A stretch of 64,000 nucleotides of DNA, taken from positions 25,110,001 to 25,174,000 of the forward strand of contig NC_135896.1 of assembly GCF_964194155.1 (NCBI RefSeq), given 5' to 3'. Shown here one piece after another: positions 13,289 to 27,378 of this stretch. The notes under the pieces are model-generated. The model had not been told where the DNA came from, did not search any database, and saw only the letters and a list, made by a program, of their open reading frames with translations. The number at the start of each line of letters is the position of its first letter. The first letter of the stretch is position 1. The stretch is from Cetorhinus maximus (taxonomy: Eukaryota). The translations under genes and the position numbers were made by a program.

Positions 13289-13755
13289 TTGGCAGTCATG
13301 TGGCGTAGTGGGTACGTCCCTGCCTCTGAACCAAAAGCTCCAGGTTCAAATCCCACTCTAGGGCATGATGGCCAAGGAACATGTGTTCGTAACGCGGCCA
13401 AAAAGCTTGAGTATCAATTTGTAAATCCTTCCATCACACGCCAATGGCAGGCGGTAACAGCAGCAGAGATTCCTAGTCAGCTATGTGATTAAAAGAAATT
13501 GAAGCCTCGACCATCACTATGTATAGCTCCATGCTACAGCATGCATGCAAAAGTATATGTTGCCACAGCAACTCAGACTCCATGGAGGGGCCAGCTGGCT
13601 GGACAGCTGGGGTGGATCAGATTGGTGCCAACAACATGGGGTTCCCCATTCCGCTGGGGTGGATTCAGGACCTGCTTCCTTGCCCTACGCGTGGTGGAGA
13701 TCGATGTGCTGTGGGTCGGGCCTGCCTTCAGGCAGAGAATTAAAGAAGAAAGGAA
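13289..13755 (+). mobile_element. tRNA-derived SINE plus adjoining GC-rich repeat in the last CPSF2 intron
   Basis: A box TGGCGTAGTGG and B box GGTTCAAATCC. Confidence 0.6.
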
Positions 13756-14373
13756 ATACATCTGTTCTGATTTTGTTGTAAATCAGTAAACTGAATAGAA
13801 TAAATGTATTTTTTAAAAGCTATTCTACAATGTCTAAAATATTATTTTACTTTACGGTATTTCATATAGAAAATACATTTATCATGAATGTCAGTCTGCA
13901 ACTGAAAGGCAGTGCAGAAGCAAAAAAAAAAAACATTTTTTACTGAATTTTGTACTTTACGATTGATGCCATTAAACAAAACCGGATAGAAAAGGAAAAA
14001 AGTGCACTTGGAACCATTGTCTAAAGAGCAGTATTCTTTTTTTATCAGATTCTATTCGTTTCTGCGGTTTCTTGTGTAAGATCACCTTACTAGACATAAA
14101 TGCTCATCTTGCTGCACAACTGATTGTGACAATGGATAAGTCAAAGAAAATGCACAAAATACATTTCTGTTTACAACTCAATTTGTTCAACATGTGTATT
14201 ACAAAGATAAACCCACAAACTGTCTTCTTGACTTCTCAGATTGCTACAAACCAAAGGAAAAGAATTTTCTGCTAATGTAGGAATGTATATTATTGAGTAA
14301 ATTGATCAAATCTCACTTCTGACATATCTATAGACTGCTGGAGGTCTTTTAATACAGTAATACACCACTTCTA

Positions 14374-14589
<216 letters not shown>

Positions 14590-15329
14590 TTATTTGATAA
14601 ATGATAACTTCACATGGTTAGTACAACAAATGTGATGATTTACAGAGCAGAGTCAGAAATAATTTGGAAAGCACACATCTCAAGGACTGATGCAAGTTTT
14701 TTCGAATTAAATCTATGGTTTAATAATGTGGATCAGACATAATGATGCTATAGAGAGAAAGCATAGCAACTTGCCTCTTGATAGTGTTATCACTGACCAC
14801 TGCAACGTTTTCTGTTTAACCAGGAGTACTGGAGCAGAATTTTGTCAATTTACAATATTTCTTATATATTAAATGCATCATAAGACCATAAGACATAGGA
14901 GCAGAAACTAGGCCATTCGGCCCATCAAGTCTGCTCCACCATTCAATCATGGCTGATAAGTTTCTCAACCCCGTTCTCCTGCCTTCTCCCCATAACCTTT
15001 TATCCCCTTATTGTTATTGTTATTATCATGTTGCTGCTTTACAGTAACCATAAAGCAGACATAAAGCTATAGTGCCTTGGACTGTTAATAAAAAAAATAC
15101 GAAATCAATCTCTAACTTTTCAGGTCACGGTGATAAATGATTCCAGAGTGAAACATTCTGAGGGCTGGTCATCAAGACTTCTGATGAAAGGTCATCACCT
15201 AAAATGTTAAACTTATGTTTCTTTCTGCACAGATGCTGTGTGACCTGCTGATTGTTTCCAATGGTTTCTGTTATGTCAGAGATTCGGTTACTTTAGCTTT
15301 AGGAAAATGGGGATTGTTAGATTTGATTT

Positions 15330-16520
15330 GTTTTTTGTATTTAATCTCAAGGTCTTGGTGAAGCAGGCAGGACCACACTTAATGTCTATCCCTGGCATCC
15401 CTGATGTAATGGCAATCATCAATCCTCATTACAACTGCTCCTATTACAACATTAGGTTTTGAAATCAAAGATTTTGACTTAGCGACAATAAAGACAGTGG
15501 TAGTACAGGTCCAGGTTAAGATAGTGTGTGACTTCAAAGGGAATTTACAAGCAATGATATTCTCATAGGCAATAGAGGTTGTGGAAATGGGAATGGGAAT
15601 CGTTGTTGAAGTAGGTTTGATAAATTGTTGCAATACATCTTGCAGCTAGGACATTCTAGTCGAAGTGTGTTGATGGTGGCCGGGGTTCCTAATTAATTAA
15701 GTGACACGGATAATCAAAGGGATTGCTTTCTCCTAGATGATGTTGATCTTCTTGGGTGTCATTGTATCCATCAATGTAAAGTAGTGGGCATTCCATTACA
15801 TTTCTGGCTTGAACTATATAGCCATTGTGTTGATGTGGTTGGTCCAGTTAAACTTCAGGTCCATGGAAACCTCACGACTTTGTTAGTGGGTAGTGTTGAA
15901 AGTGAGGGGAATCGTCTGAGCCTTTTATTGTTGAAGATGGTCAGAGGGAGGCTTTTATGTAGCTTGAATATTACCTGCCACTTGTCAGCCCAAGCCTGCA
16001 TGCTACTCAAATCCTGATGTAGCTAACATGACTATTCTATTACCAGTCATTGTGAATGGAACTGAAAACAGCAGATTCATCAGCAAACAGCCTCACTTGG
16101 CCTTATGGCACAGAGAAGAAAATTGAGCTGAGTATGGTTATACCAAGGATGCTGGCCTCAAGAACATTGATGGAAATGCTCTGGGGCTGCAATGATTGGC
16201 CTCTAACAACGAGGCCGATCTTTCTGCCACTGCAGTCCCCAGTGACCTGTTTTGCTAGAGCTCACAAGTGCTTAAGCAGTCGAGTGTTGTCTTGATGTCG
16301 AGTGCAGTTACTTTCATTTCTCCTCCAGCATTCAGTCATTGTCTAGATAAAGACTGTGATGTGGGTAGCAGCCAAAATATTCTGGCAGAGCCCAAAGTGA
16401 GTATCAGTGAACAGATTATTGGTGACAAGTGAAGCTGGATTATTGTTGCATCATTATTACTTCTTTCAACTCTTTGCTGATATTTAGATGGTGGCTGATG
16501 GAATGGTAATTAGCTAGGTT
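15330..16520 (-). mobile_element. Old CR1-clade LINE fragment (family of 51951-53355)
   Basis: Degenerate similarity, e.g. TTACCTGCCACTTGTCAGCCCAAGCCTG. Confidence 0.55.
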
Positions 16521-18739
16521 AAAATAGTCTTAATAGTGCTTAAATAAACCCTTTACCAGGGAAAGCCATGACCAGTAAACTTAAGAATAGCTAGCTTGAA
16601 AATGATTTTTCACCTAGAACAACCGTAGAGCTACACTTTTCTTATTTGATGGTAGGAGCACCAACAGGAAAAAGACAATTCTCCCTGCAAAAACTGTATT
16701 AGGTCCATTCATGTATTTTATGGAGAAAAAATCAGTTTGTTGATTTACAATTGCATCTTGGCTCATTGGAGTGCTTTTCAGTCCACCTTTCGTGAAGATA
16801 GGAGAATGCTCATGGCTACAACTGCAAGATGACAGTAACCAGTCACACAACAATGGTTCTCACAGTCCAAAATCAAACTATCAGACAGTAAAGGTGCACA
16901 TGGGATCATACAGAACATAAGGTCCTTTTACATGAGCGAACACTGACCGGACAGAATACCTAATAAAAACCATACATTTTGCAACATCCCTACAGTAATT
17001 TTTCCTATTTTAAGTATGAATGATTACAACTCCATTAGCTCCAGCAATGTTATTAGTCCTGATGGCAAGGCCAGCAGTTATTTATAACACCAATTTATTT
17101 TTCTTAAAATAATCATCCTTATACCTACTACTAACCAGCTTTTAACATTTACAATTAAAAATGATAAAGAAATTTAGAATTTATTCTTTGCTTTCCAGTG
17201 AATATAAAAAGAAAACGCTGAAATCAACAATTTGGAAACAATGTATGTTTCACAACAATGGTTGGAACCAAATCCAAACCACTTTCATAGAATCAGTACT
17301 TAATATTTATTGACTCTAAGCAAGGAATATATTACTCTTTTGAGTGGATCATACTTAGATGCATTCCTCATTATTAAAATGATTTATTCTGCACACTAAT
17401 TAAGAAGTTTGCTGGCATTTTACAGTTAAAGATTAAATTTGCACCATAATAAGTACTTACTTGAAACACAAATTAAATACAAACAATGAATAATTGCTGT
17501 AGATATGGTTTTAAAAAATGGATAATGAAAAGAAAACTAATACATTGGTTTCGTCAACTTTTTTATTCCCCCCAGAAAAGAACCGAATATTAATTTAAAA
17601 AGTTATGGTTTCTGGCAAAGGCTGAATATTAATTAGATATGTAAATTTTAATTAAATTTAGGTTTCGGTCACATTATCAACTATCAAATTTCACTGACGC
17701 TGCTTATAAACTTTAATCTATTGTTCCCACTCCCTCAAATCAATTACATACTGGAGGAGAAAAAACATAGATAAGCCATTAAGAAGATGCTCTCAACATC
17801 AAAGTCTTTCCAAAAGTAACATGTCTTGACACTTAATTTAAACTAATACAAGTCACTCTTTCAAGTGAGGCAACTGAAGTGCGCTTCCAAATCGATTTTT
17901 TCCACCATATGTGGGAATCAAATAAAGCCCATTTATTTCAATTCAGAGCTTATTAGTGCCAATTACTGACTTGTAACTGTCAAGTGTGAAAAACCTAAAT
18001 TTGGTCTATGATGAAATCTGAGAATTCCAAAGTTTAATGATCTATAGATGTGTATGCTGAAAAGATAAATCTGATTTAATTTAGAAGTTATACTTCTTTA
18101 GCCCCATTATTATGTAATTTATCTGTTCGCAGAAAATCTATTGACTGATAGATACTTTTACATGGTCTGTGCAAGAGGAAGCTACAGCATATCTTGTAAT
18201 CCAGAACAACATTGTAAAATTATCTTAAAACAGAAGTTGGATGATTAATAGAACAACTACATTTCTTAAATGTGAATATACATTGCTCATAAAAAATTTT
18301 GTTTTTAAACATTAAGACTCAATTACGTTATAGGACTTCAATAAATCCCAGTGCTTGTAATGCCAAATCAACATTGGCTATGATCTGATCCGCAGGGAAA
18401 TGAATATTTGTGATCTATTAATGCACCTTCCAAACCTGCAATCTCTCGAAGGTCAGGGGCAGCAAATGCATTGAAGCATCACTCTTTGCAAATTCCCCTC
18501 CAAGTCACATTGAAACCTGACTTGGAAAGATAGTACACTGTTCCTTCATTGCAGCCGGGTCAAATACTGGAACTTCCTCCCTTACAGCACTGTGGCACCT
18601 TCACCACACAGCTACAGGCAGCTCATCACCACCGTCTCAACGGCAATTAGGGATGAGCAATAAATGCTCGCCTTGCCAGTGATGCCCACATTCAATAAAC
18701 AAATGAAAACAAATATCTTTCTCAATTTTATTTTCGTAC

Positions 18740-19048
18740 CTCATTTGGTGACAATGGTTCCAGAGTGGGAATTACATCAAGGTCTTCATTGGTTTCTTTC
18801 TCATCATCATCGAAGAGGCTCTTCATCGCTTTTTGCTGAGCTGCAACTTGGTCAGAGCTGTGTGTGGATGAGGGAGCATCAACCTGCATTTCCCCATCTT
18901 CATCCTCTCTTAACTCCCCCTCTTCCAGAACGACCCCAGTATCTACCTTTGACACCCTCATGTCCAAGACACCATCTATCCAGGCTAACTCTGCATCCTT
19001 TGCTTTACAGAACTGCAGAGAACTGACTAAAGAATCCTTTAGTCTAAC
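18740..19048 (-). CDS. CPSF2: CPSF2 coding exon 12 ([26 protein letters not shown]...[11 protein letters not shown])
   Basis: 309 nt, CAG acceptor, GTACG donor. Confidence 0.96.
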
Positions 19049-19929
19049 CTGTGAAAATGAAATATCCAAATATTAGGAAATCATAGAATGAGACAGCACA
19101 GAAGGCCATTCAGCTCACCATGTCTATGCTGGTTATGCAAAGATAAAGACAGTAGTTTTACTAAGCATGTGTAGGAAACTATAATATTCTGACACACAAT
19201 ACAAAATCTTCAAACTAAATATAAATTAAATCTTCTTTGAAAGATGACATTTATTTTCATAAATATTTTCAAAATTTTTTAGTTCTTTCAGAGTTTATTT
19301 CTGACTTATTTTTGATTGTTTTTCTCATTGTTAATTTAAAACAAATGTTATAACATATCAAGGTATTGAGCAATAATTCAATGGCTTCAGTGGTTACTTT
19401 ATACTTTCATCTATAGTTTGTGTGTCCTTCACTTTAACACAATTCTAATCTCTGAATAAATCTAAGTTCCATGCTAACAACCCTAAGGATTTAATTTTCT
19501 CAAATGCTAAGCAGCTTATTATTTGTGTTGCTGTAATTTGCTTTGGAAAATATCAAATCTTGGCGTCACATAAAATTAATTTGCAGAAATATGTAGGGCT
19601 TCCGGCAGAATTCCAATGAATTGAGGCTACTGCAATAACAGGACATTAAATTTGTCATTTCTGTTCATTCAGAGCGTATGTATTACCATTTGAAAGTGCA
19701 AATTGGTAGTAATTCCCATCTCATTAGAGAAACTTATATATAAGCTATCTTTCCAAAAGTATGAAGATACAATCAACCACTCAGGATTAGATACTTTTGA
19801 TCAAATGTTTAAAGCAGCAGCATGTTGAAGAAGTTGTAAAGTTGTGGTGCATTATAGTTCTGGACTCTGCTGAACTCAAAAAATTGTATTGTTACTTCCA
19901 ATTTAAAAATATATATTGTAGAGAAAGAA

Positions 19930-20330
19930 AGGACTTGTTCTTATTTAGCCCCCTTGAAATCCTCAAAAGGTTTCAAAGCAATTCATAGACAAAAAAACTT
20001 ATTCTTTAAAGTATAGTCACTGTTGTTATAATAAGCAAGTGTGGCAGCCAATTCAATACAGCAAGTGCCCAAAAATAATAAATAAATGAATAGCTAATTA
20101 AGCTGTTTTTGGCAGTGTTGGCCAAGGGATAAAAGATGGTCAGGACACTGGGAGAACTCACTGCTTCTCTTTTAGTCCCACCTACACAAGCAAACGGGAT
20201 CTTGGGTTTAACTTTGCATCTGAAAGGCAGAACCTTTAGTAATGCAGAGCTCATTCAGTACTGCCACGTAGTTATCAGCCAATCAAGGACTAAACTCCAA
20301 GAGTTGGGATTGAACCCAGCATCCAACTTT
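19930..20330 (-). mobile_element. Deu-domain tRNA SINE (SacSINE1/AmnSINE-like)
   Basis: Reverse-complement similarity to 34737-35150. Confidence 0.55.
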
Positions 20331-20425
20331 TAAGTGTCAATTTTGAGTCATTATTATTCAGCCTACAATGTCAATTGAAATTAAGTTAATAGCAGAAATC
20401 TCATTAGCCAGCAATTACTATATTA

Positions 20426-20674
<249 letters not shown>

Positions 20675-20793
20675 TTAAAAAAAAGCAAATTACTTGATGA
20701 ACTGGTACATGCAATCTTAGTGGAACTAAAATAAGCAGATTTTCTGTATACATGGCTTATCGGTTTTAAGCATTAAAAAATGATCTTACTAAC

Positions 20794-20946
20794 CTGATTT
20801 CTATGGTTTCTAATGCTGAGATACACTTTGTTGGAACATCAGATAAATCCTGATCCATAGGCTCCTCACCATTACTCAGACCAGAATCAAGTTTGCTCTT
20901 TTCTTCTTCTGCTGCCTGAAGTTCCGGAACTAAGAAATCCTCAGCT
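20794..20946 (-). CDS. CPSF2: CPSF2 coding exon 10 ([10 protein letters not shown]...[15 protein letters not shown])
   Basis: 153 nt, CAG acceptor, GTTAGT donor. Confidence 0.96.
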
Positions 20947-21409
20947 CTGAAATAAAGGAGTAGCAATAAACACAAGGAAGCACAAAAGGAGGAAACTCAA
21001 TTTTGGATTTCACATCTGCGTATATATGTATCAAATAGAATGTTAAAATGATCTTTTTACAGAAATGTCTCTACGAAGAAAAGTCAGTTGTCTACATACA
21101 ATGAGAAATATGGCAAACTTCAATGTAGCCGCAGAAGTTCCATTGATTAATGACCTTGGACTAGACCAATACTTGTTCACATCCAATGAGGCAACAAGCA
21201 GGAACTGTTATTCTCCAAACAACCCAAACAGACATTAAACACGTTTCATGTGTAAAAAGATCACCACATTAAGATAAAAGGGAACGGTCCAAAGAGGTTG
21301 TCTTAGAGCATGTTCTCCCCTTTCCTCTTTTAAATCCCTACATCATATATCTGGACAAGCAAGCCTTTTATGAGGCAACTCTCAAACCAGACTCTCAACT
21401 CTCAAACTT

Positions 21410-22095
21410 AAATTTATGTAGCATTTCTAACGTAGCAAAGACATCTTAAGGCACTTCGCAGAAGCATAATCAGATAAAAATGGACAAAAGGACAAATTAT
21501 ATTTACTAAAGATTAACTAAAATCTTGATCAAAATGTTTGCAGATGGCTGGTGTTGACTGTGTCAAAGGCTGCACAGGAGAAGGAGGAGGGTCATAGTAT
21601 ACTCATTCACAATCACAGAAAGTGTGATTTGCGACTTTGACTAGGGTCGTTTCAGTGCTATAGCAGGGACAGAAACCCAATTGGAAAGGTTCAAAGATGG
21701 AGCTAAACACATATGGGCACATGTTCAAGGGGTTTGAAGAGGCAAAAGGAGATGGGAGAAGGGACTGTTGTTTGCAAGAACAAGCAGGATCGAGGATGGG
21801 ATTTGAAGAGGGATAATAATGGAAGTATTGAAAGCGAGGGGTCTCTATCTGAGGAAAGAGAATGATTTTCATTCTTAATTAGTAAAGGAGCCAGGAAAGG
21901 AAGTATGATGGTCAACAGTTTAGTAGGAAAGAGGTCAAGAAAGCAAGAGGTGTGTCTCAAGGACAGGATGAACTCAGAGAGGGCACGAACAGAAAAAGAA
22001 ACTAAAGAAAGGCATGGATTCAGATCAAGGGCAGGGGAAGCTTGGGGAAGCATGGCATGCAGATGTGGCAGTTGAATGGCTGTTCTCAATCTCAA
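21410..22095 (-). mobile_element. L2 LINE ORF2 fragment
   Basis: FEPFQLGFCPCYSTETTLVKVAN resembles the L2 RT motif QSGFR..HSTETAL.KV.N. Confidence 0.75.
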
Positions 22096-25000
22096 TGATG
22101 AAATTAACTTTCTAATTAAAGTGCTATCGTGATATAACTGATAATTTTTTAAAGTAGAAATAGCGTGTCTTTCATGAAGTTACATTCCTTGCTTCACTCT
22201 GTGAAAACCACACACCACCTAATATAGAGAACAACTAGCTGATAAGGTTCAGTACTTCACATATCCATACAAGGACAAGTAAATTCAACTATCTTGATGA
22301 CACTACCCACAATATGATTTTGCACTTAATTAATTTCTTACTTATGGCCAAAACTATAGGGTTTTCAACAAATTTAGCAGAGAGGGTTATGTTTGTTTGT
22401 CCAACCCATTTTAAAACAATGATAAAATAAAAAATATAAAACATTCCATCGCCCAACAGTTGGCCACCAGGTCATAAGCCCCACCCCCCCAATTCACCCC
22501 CTTATGCTCATTGCTTTAAGTGGACTAATGAACAGAAGGGTGTAGGTGGGAAATAATGGCAAATCAGGGAAGTGAGACTCAGTGCAGAAGCATCATAATT
22601 CTGCTCACAGCTTTGTTAATGGCATAAAGGCATACCCTCAAAGATAAGGAGGAAGTCAGCCAACTTTTGCTTCCTTAAACAAAATGCACAAACCATAACT
22701 CTACTGATGATTTTGTAAAAATTAGCATGTTTCAGCAAATAATAGTTTGCTTTACATGAGGTATATTCATAGAGTTCTTGTTGAAAAACGTTGTGTGGAT
22801 CCACAACTTTGCTGAAACAGAATGTTAAGGATATATGGGACAGCTGAGAGTGCTGAAGGGATTTCAAGCTGTGTGCATTTGCTACACTATCAATTCGCTG
22901 TTGCTGAGTGCACGTAAAAAAGCTAAAATTTTGTAACATAAAGAATTTTTTGAATATATTTAGTGCTAAGAGTTTAATTCCGCTTCTTAAAAGTTTTCTG
23001 CTGTAAATGGACACCTTTCAAGAAATATTTTTTAAAAAGCTTAATAGCACATATCATCAGTAATATTATGAGGGGGAGCAAGAAACAATCGTAGCTACAA
23101 TTCCTAATTCTTTGGATGACTGATAACTGAGGAAGACAAATATAACACACTGGCCAAACACTAATAGGACATGATCAGTAATTTGTTATAGACAGCAATG
23201 GTGAAATGATCTTTAGGAATCTAACATAAAAATATCACCATGCCCCAGCATAAATGATCTCTCCACAAAGAACTTACAGATCACGTACATTGTACATAAA
23301 GTAATGCTAGAGCAACAATTATACACAAGGTATCTCACATTACTTGAACATTCATGATAAGGCCTTATTTTGCAGCTAATCCATGATTTGCATGGTTGAA
23401 ACTGTCCTTATTCATAAAACCTAGTGATTTATCACATTCATGTGTTGTTGCTAGTCCAGGAAACCATTATTAAAGCCAGGTTTACTTGACAGGAGCATCT
23501 GTCATCCAAGACACAAAACATGACATGGATGAATGGACGATGCCAACTAAACTCCCAATTCGTGCCCAGAATTAAATGAAAGCAAAGCAAGTTAATACAG
23601 TTGTGGCATTTACATAGATTTCTGGCAACGCTGCACTGAAAATTTGCCCTAAAGATCATGAGGTCCAGCACTGTATGCTTCTCAGTGTCATGGTTGTGAG
23701 TTACCTGGAAACAAAAGTTTTTCCAGAAAGTCATAGTGTAAGAGGCTAAACAATGGAAGGTGGTATTAATATTACTATTTAAATTTCCACAAAGTATATA
23801 TTTGAGATCAGCACATTTAGGAATCAACAACAGGAATACATATAGGTCCAGGTTCATCTCTATTTAAATGCTTAATTTTAATCATCATTAAAATTTTAGC
23901 AGCTGGATACTGCTTCCATAAATTCTGTAGTTCAGGAATAATCTGCACTCTCAGAACTCCACAAATAGAATGTTTATGAAAATATACTGTAAGTACTAAA
24001 TTTCTGAATGCAGTGCTATATTGTAAAACAAACTGGGATATAGTGCCATCATGTGGTTAAGAATGACAAAATGTTGCATAGCACTAAAACCAGACATTGC
24101 AAGGGAATACTGCGGGCAAAGTAAAGCAGCAAAAAGTTTGCAGTGAAAGTATTACTTCTTTGCTTTAAGCACTGCGACTATGCAGTAGATGCCAGAGTCT
24201 TTTCTACAGCAATTTCATCATCTAAAAGTCATTGTTTCCATGTAAAAAGTGTTTTGTAATCCTGAAAACAGTAGAAGATGATATCACAGGAAGAAGCCAT
24301 TCAATCCATCTTGTTTGTGACAGTTTTTTTTTTGCTGGGGCATCTAAAGTTAATCTCACTGACCTACCCTCTCCCCATGAATTTTCATCTGATTCAAATA
24401 TCTATCCAATTTTCTCTAAAAGATTTCAACATCTTCCTCTGCTCAATGAACTGTTTCCTCCAGAAACAAGTTATATTCCTGTTATACTCCAGAAAGCCAG
24501 GTGGTGAAGGATAAAACTGGAGTCAATTATTCAGATACACACATTACAAACATGTATCTCCTCACCCAACAACCGGTTTCAATCTGTTCCTTTCTACAGG
24601 AGCACATTCCCAGTTAATGCCCTAAGTCTGGCACACAATTAATATACAATTAACAGTGTTCCCAAATAATATCACTTCACTTGCATATATTGCCACTTGT
24701 CTCAAGTAATTGTTTCCTCTTGCACCTCAAGTCCATGGTGGCGATTTTGAATCAATTAGCCCTGAACTCCAGAACTGTCTCCTTTACATTCTCCTTCCTC
24801 TGCTCGAACATAGGTAACAGCTGTTAGCCATGTCAGTCTTATACTATAGAATTTCCTATGTAAACTCTATCACCTTTCTCATAGAGTGTTACAGCGAAGA
24901 CAGCAGCCATTTGGCTCATTGTGCCTTTGCCTGCTCTTTGAAAGAGCCATTCGATTAGTCCTATTCCCCTACCATTTCCCCATTGGCTTGCAACTTGTTC

Positions 25001-25443
25001 CCCTTTAAGTATTGGCCCAATTCCCTTTTGAAAATTACTACTGAATCTGTTTCCACCACCATTTCTGGCAATGCATTTCAGATCATGAAAATTTGTTCCC
25101 TTCCTTTAAAAGTCTTCAAAACCCATCTCTCCTACTAAATTTTTAATAATCTCTCCTAATTCTCCCATTAAAGTTGCACATGCTTGCAGCCATCATTCCT
25201 TTTTCCCACTGTGAAAGTAGTGCAGGTAGGGTGGTGTTGTGGTTACTGGATTAATAATCCAGGGAACATGATTTCAAGTGCCATCATAGCAATTTGAGAA
25301 TTTGAATTGAGTTAAAAAGTTCTGAAATAAAAAGCTGGTGTTGGTAAAAGTGACCAGGAAGCTGTTGAATTGTCGTAAAAACCCAATTGGCTCACTGATG
25401 CCCTTGAGAGAAGGAAACATTCTATTTGCATCTAGGGATTGAA

Positions 25444-25686
25444 AAAAGTACTGCAGGTTAATAAAAATAGAAAATGCAGGAAATACTGAGCAAGTCAGAC
25501 AGCATCTATGAAGAGAAATTGAGATAATGTTTCACTTCAAAAAACTTCCATCAGAATGTTCGAATGAAACATTTTTGACCTGAAACATTAACCTTTTTTC
25601 TTCACAGTTACTACCTGGCCTGCTGAGTATTTCCAGTATATTCTGTTTTTATTTTAGATTTCTAGCATCCGCAGTAAATTACTTTT
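25444..25686. repeat. Head-to-head inverted pair of Penelope-type terminal repeats
   Basis: Left arm AGAAAATGCAGGAAATACTGAGCAAGTCAG is the imperfect reverse complement of right arm CTGGCCTGCTGAGTATTTCCAGTATATTCT. Confidence 0.65.
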
Positions 25687-25881
25687 GTAGACATACCTCA
25701 GGAAATTCTTTACATAAAAAGATAATATACACAAGTTTTTTTTTTAAACTTAAGAAATTCATAGTGCCTTGACTTATTTGAAGATACTGTACATTAAAAG
25801 TTTTTGAATTATGAACAAAAGTTTGATAAAAGCTTTTTATGAAGAAAGTGGCCCTTTTAGAGTTAGGTCTGTTTGATATAC

Positions 25882-26082
25882 CTTATTATTTCCCCATATT
25901 CATCCCACTTCACTCTCTCTTCTGTAGCCGGGAACATGGGGTATGATTTTTTAGCCTGCTTGAAAAAGCTTCCCTTGCGACTGCTCTCACTTTTCATCAT
26001 GAGATCATGTTTGGTTTTTCCAGTCAGTGGTTGGTCCATGTCTTCTTCAACATCACTCTCATCACTGGAGTCAACATCTCGC
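25882..26082 (-). CDS. CPSF2: CPSF2 coding exon 9 ([18 protein letters not shown]...KWDEYGEII)
   Basis: 201 nt, CAG acceptor, GTATAT donor. Confidence 0.96.
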
Positions 26083-26563
26083 CTGCAAGGAAAACACAAT
26101 CAAGTACACTATTAATTTACTCTGCAGGTCAGGCAACTTCTATGGCGAGAAAACATAGTTAACTTTTCAGGTCCATTGAGTATTTCCAGCATTTTCTGTT
26201 TTTATTTCAGATTTCCAGCACCTGCAGTATTTTACTTCTGTACATTATTAGTTCCCAACAAAGAAATGTACTGTCATGAATACAGCTTAAAGTAACAATA
26301 GACTGACACATGGTATTTTGTTCAAAGCGTGTAAGTTAAAGAATTCAACCAAGACTTTAAACGTGCAGTGGTCATAATTTGTTATGTAGTTATCCGGTAA
26401 AAGAACTGCGAAGTACCAGTTTGAAAGTATTTCTTACTTTAGGTTATACAAAAAGTAATAACGTTAGGCAGCATTTCATTGTGTTCAAATGATCACACAA
26501 TGTGACCTTAAAGTGACAGCATCACCTACAATTCCATTACCTTAGGAATTGAGACCACTCGCA

Positions 26564-26680
26564 GGGTGGAATTTTACACCAGCGAGATTTTACAGTCCCG
26601 CTGAAGTCAATGGAGTTTAGAATGACTCGCCGCATTTTACAGCCCCATCCCTGATGCGATAGGGGCGTAAAATTCCAGTC
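26564..26680. mobile_element. Short MITE-like element with terminal inverted repeats
   Basis: GGAATTTTAC...GTAAAATTCC; related copy in opposite orientation at 38841-38970. Confidence 0.6.
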
Positions 26681-27277
26681 ATAATTTTTTAATATATAAC
26701 AGATAGTTTTTGTATTTTAAGAATCATGCAAAGATTACGAACGTTTTAACAGTTGACTTTAACAGTAACTTTGTCTTGCTGTGGAACTAATGTTTTTTTC
26801 AAAATATTCTTTATAGGATTTCATATAGAGTAAAGAAATCTGAAGTGGATTTTTTTTTCTCTTGCAATGCATTTCATCACAGAATTGAAATCTTATAAAT
26901 TCTGCAACATTTATTTTGTTTATGGCAGAACAGACCATGGAAGGCAGTACTGCGGTCTTGGCTGAGCAACAAGAGCCACAAAAACAGACTTAAATCTTCC
27001 TCGATATACTTTGAGCCTTGCAATAAGGTGCAAAATGCTTAACTCCCAAGGGATGCACTGGAGCAGTGACAGAGTGTTAGTATTTTGTGCTGGAATTTTA
27101 CATTTGTTTATTTTTTGGATTAACATAAAGCTGAAGATTTATGCAATTATGTAACTGTTCACTGACTACTGAAAGATCACCAACATACCAGCTACAAAAT
27201 GAGTCCATGTTAAATCCTCAGAGAGCAATAAAAATAATCCAAACCAGCTTGTCAGTTTGTACGTCACTTTTACTTAC

Positions 27278-27378
27278 TCCTTCTCTTGTTCCTGCTTTTT
27301 AGCTGCCTCCTTCTTGAGCTTCTCCTTCTCTAGGTACTCTTCCAGTTCTTTCCCTTCCAATTTTACACGACGTCTAAT
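27278..27378 (-). CDS. CPSF2: CPSF2 coding exon 8 ([33 protein letters not shown])
   Basis: 101 nt, TAG acceptor, GTAAGT donor. Confidence 0.96.

Noticed and set aside
13289-13365. tRNA gene
   Set aside because: A/B boxes are present but there is no proper acceptor stem or terminator; it continues into a SINE body.
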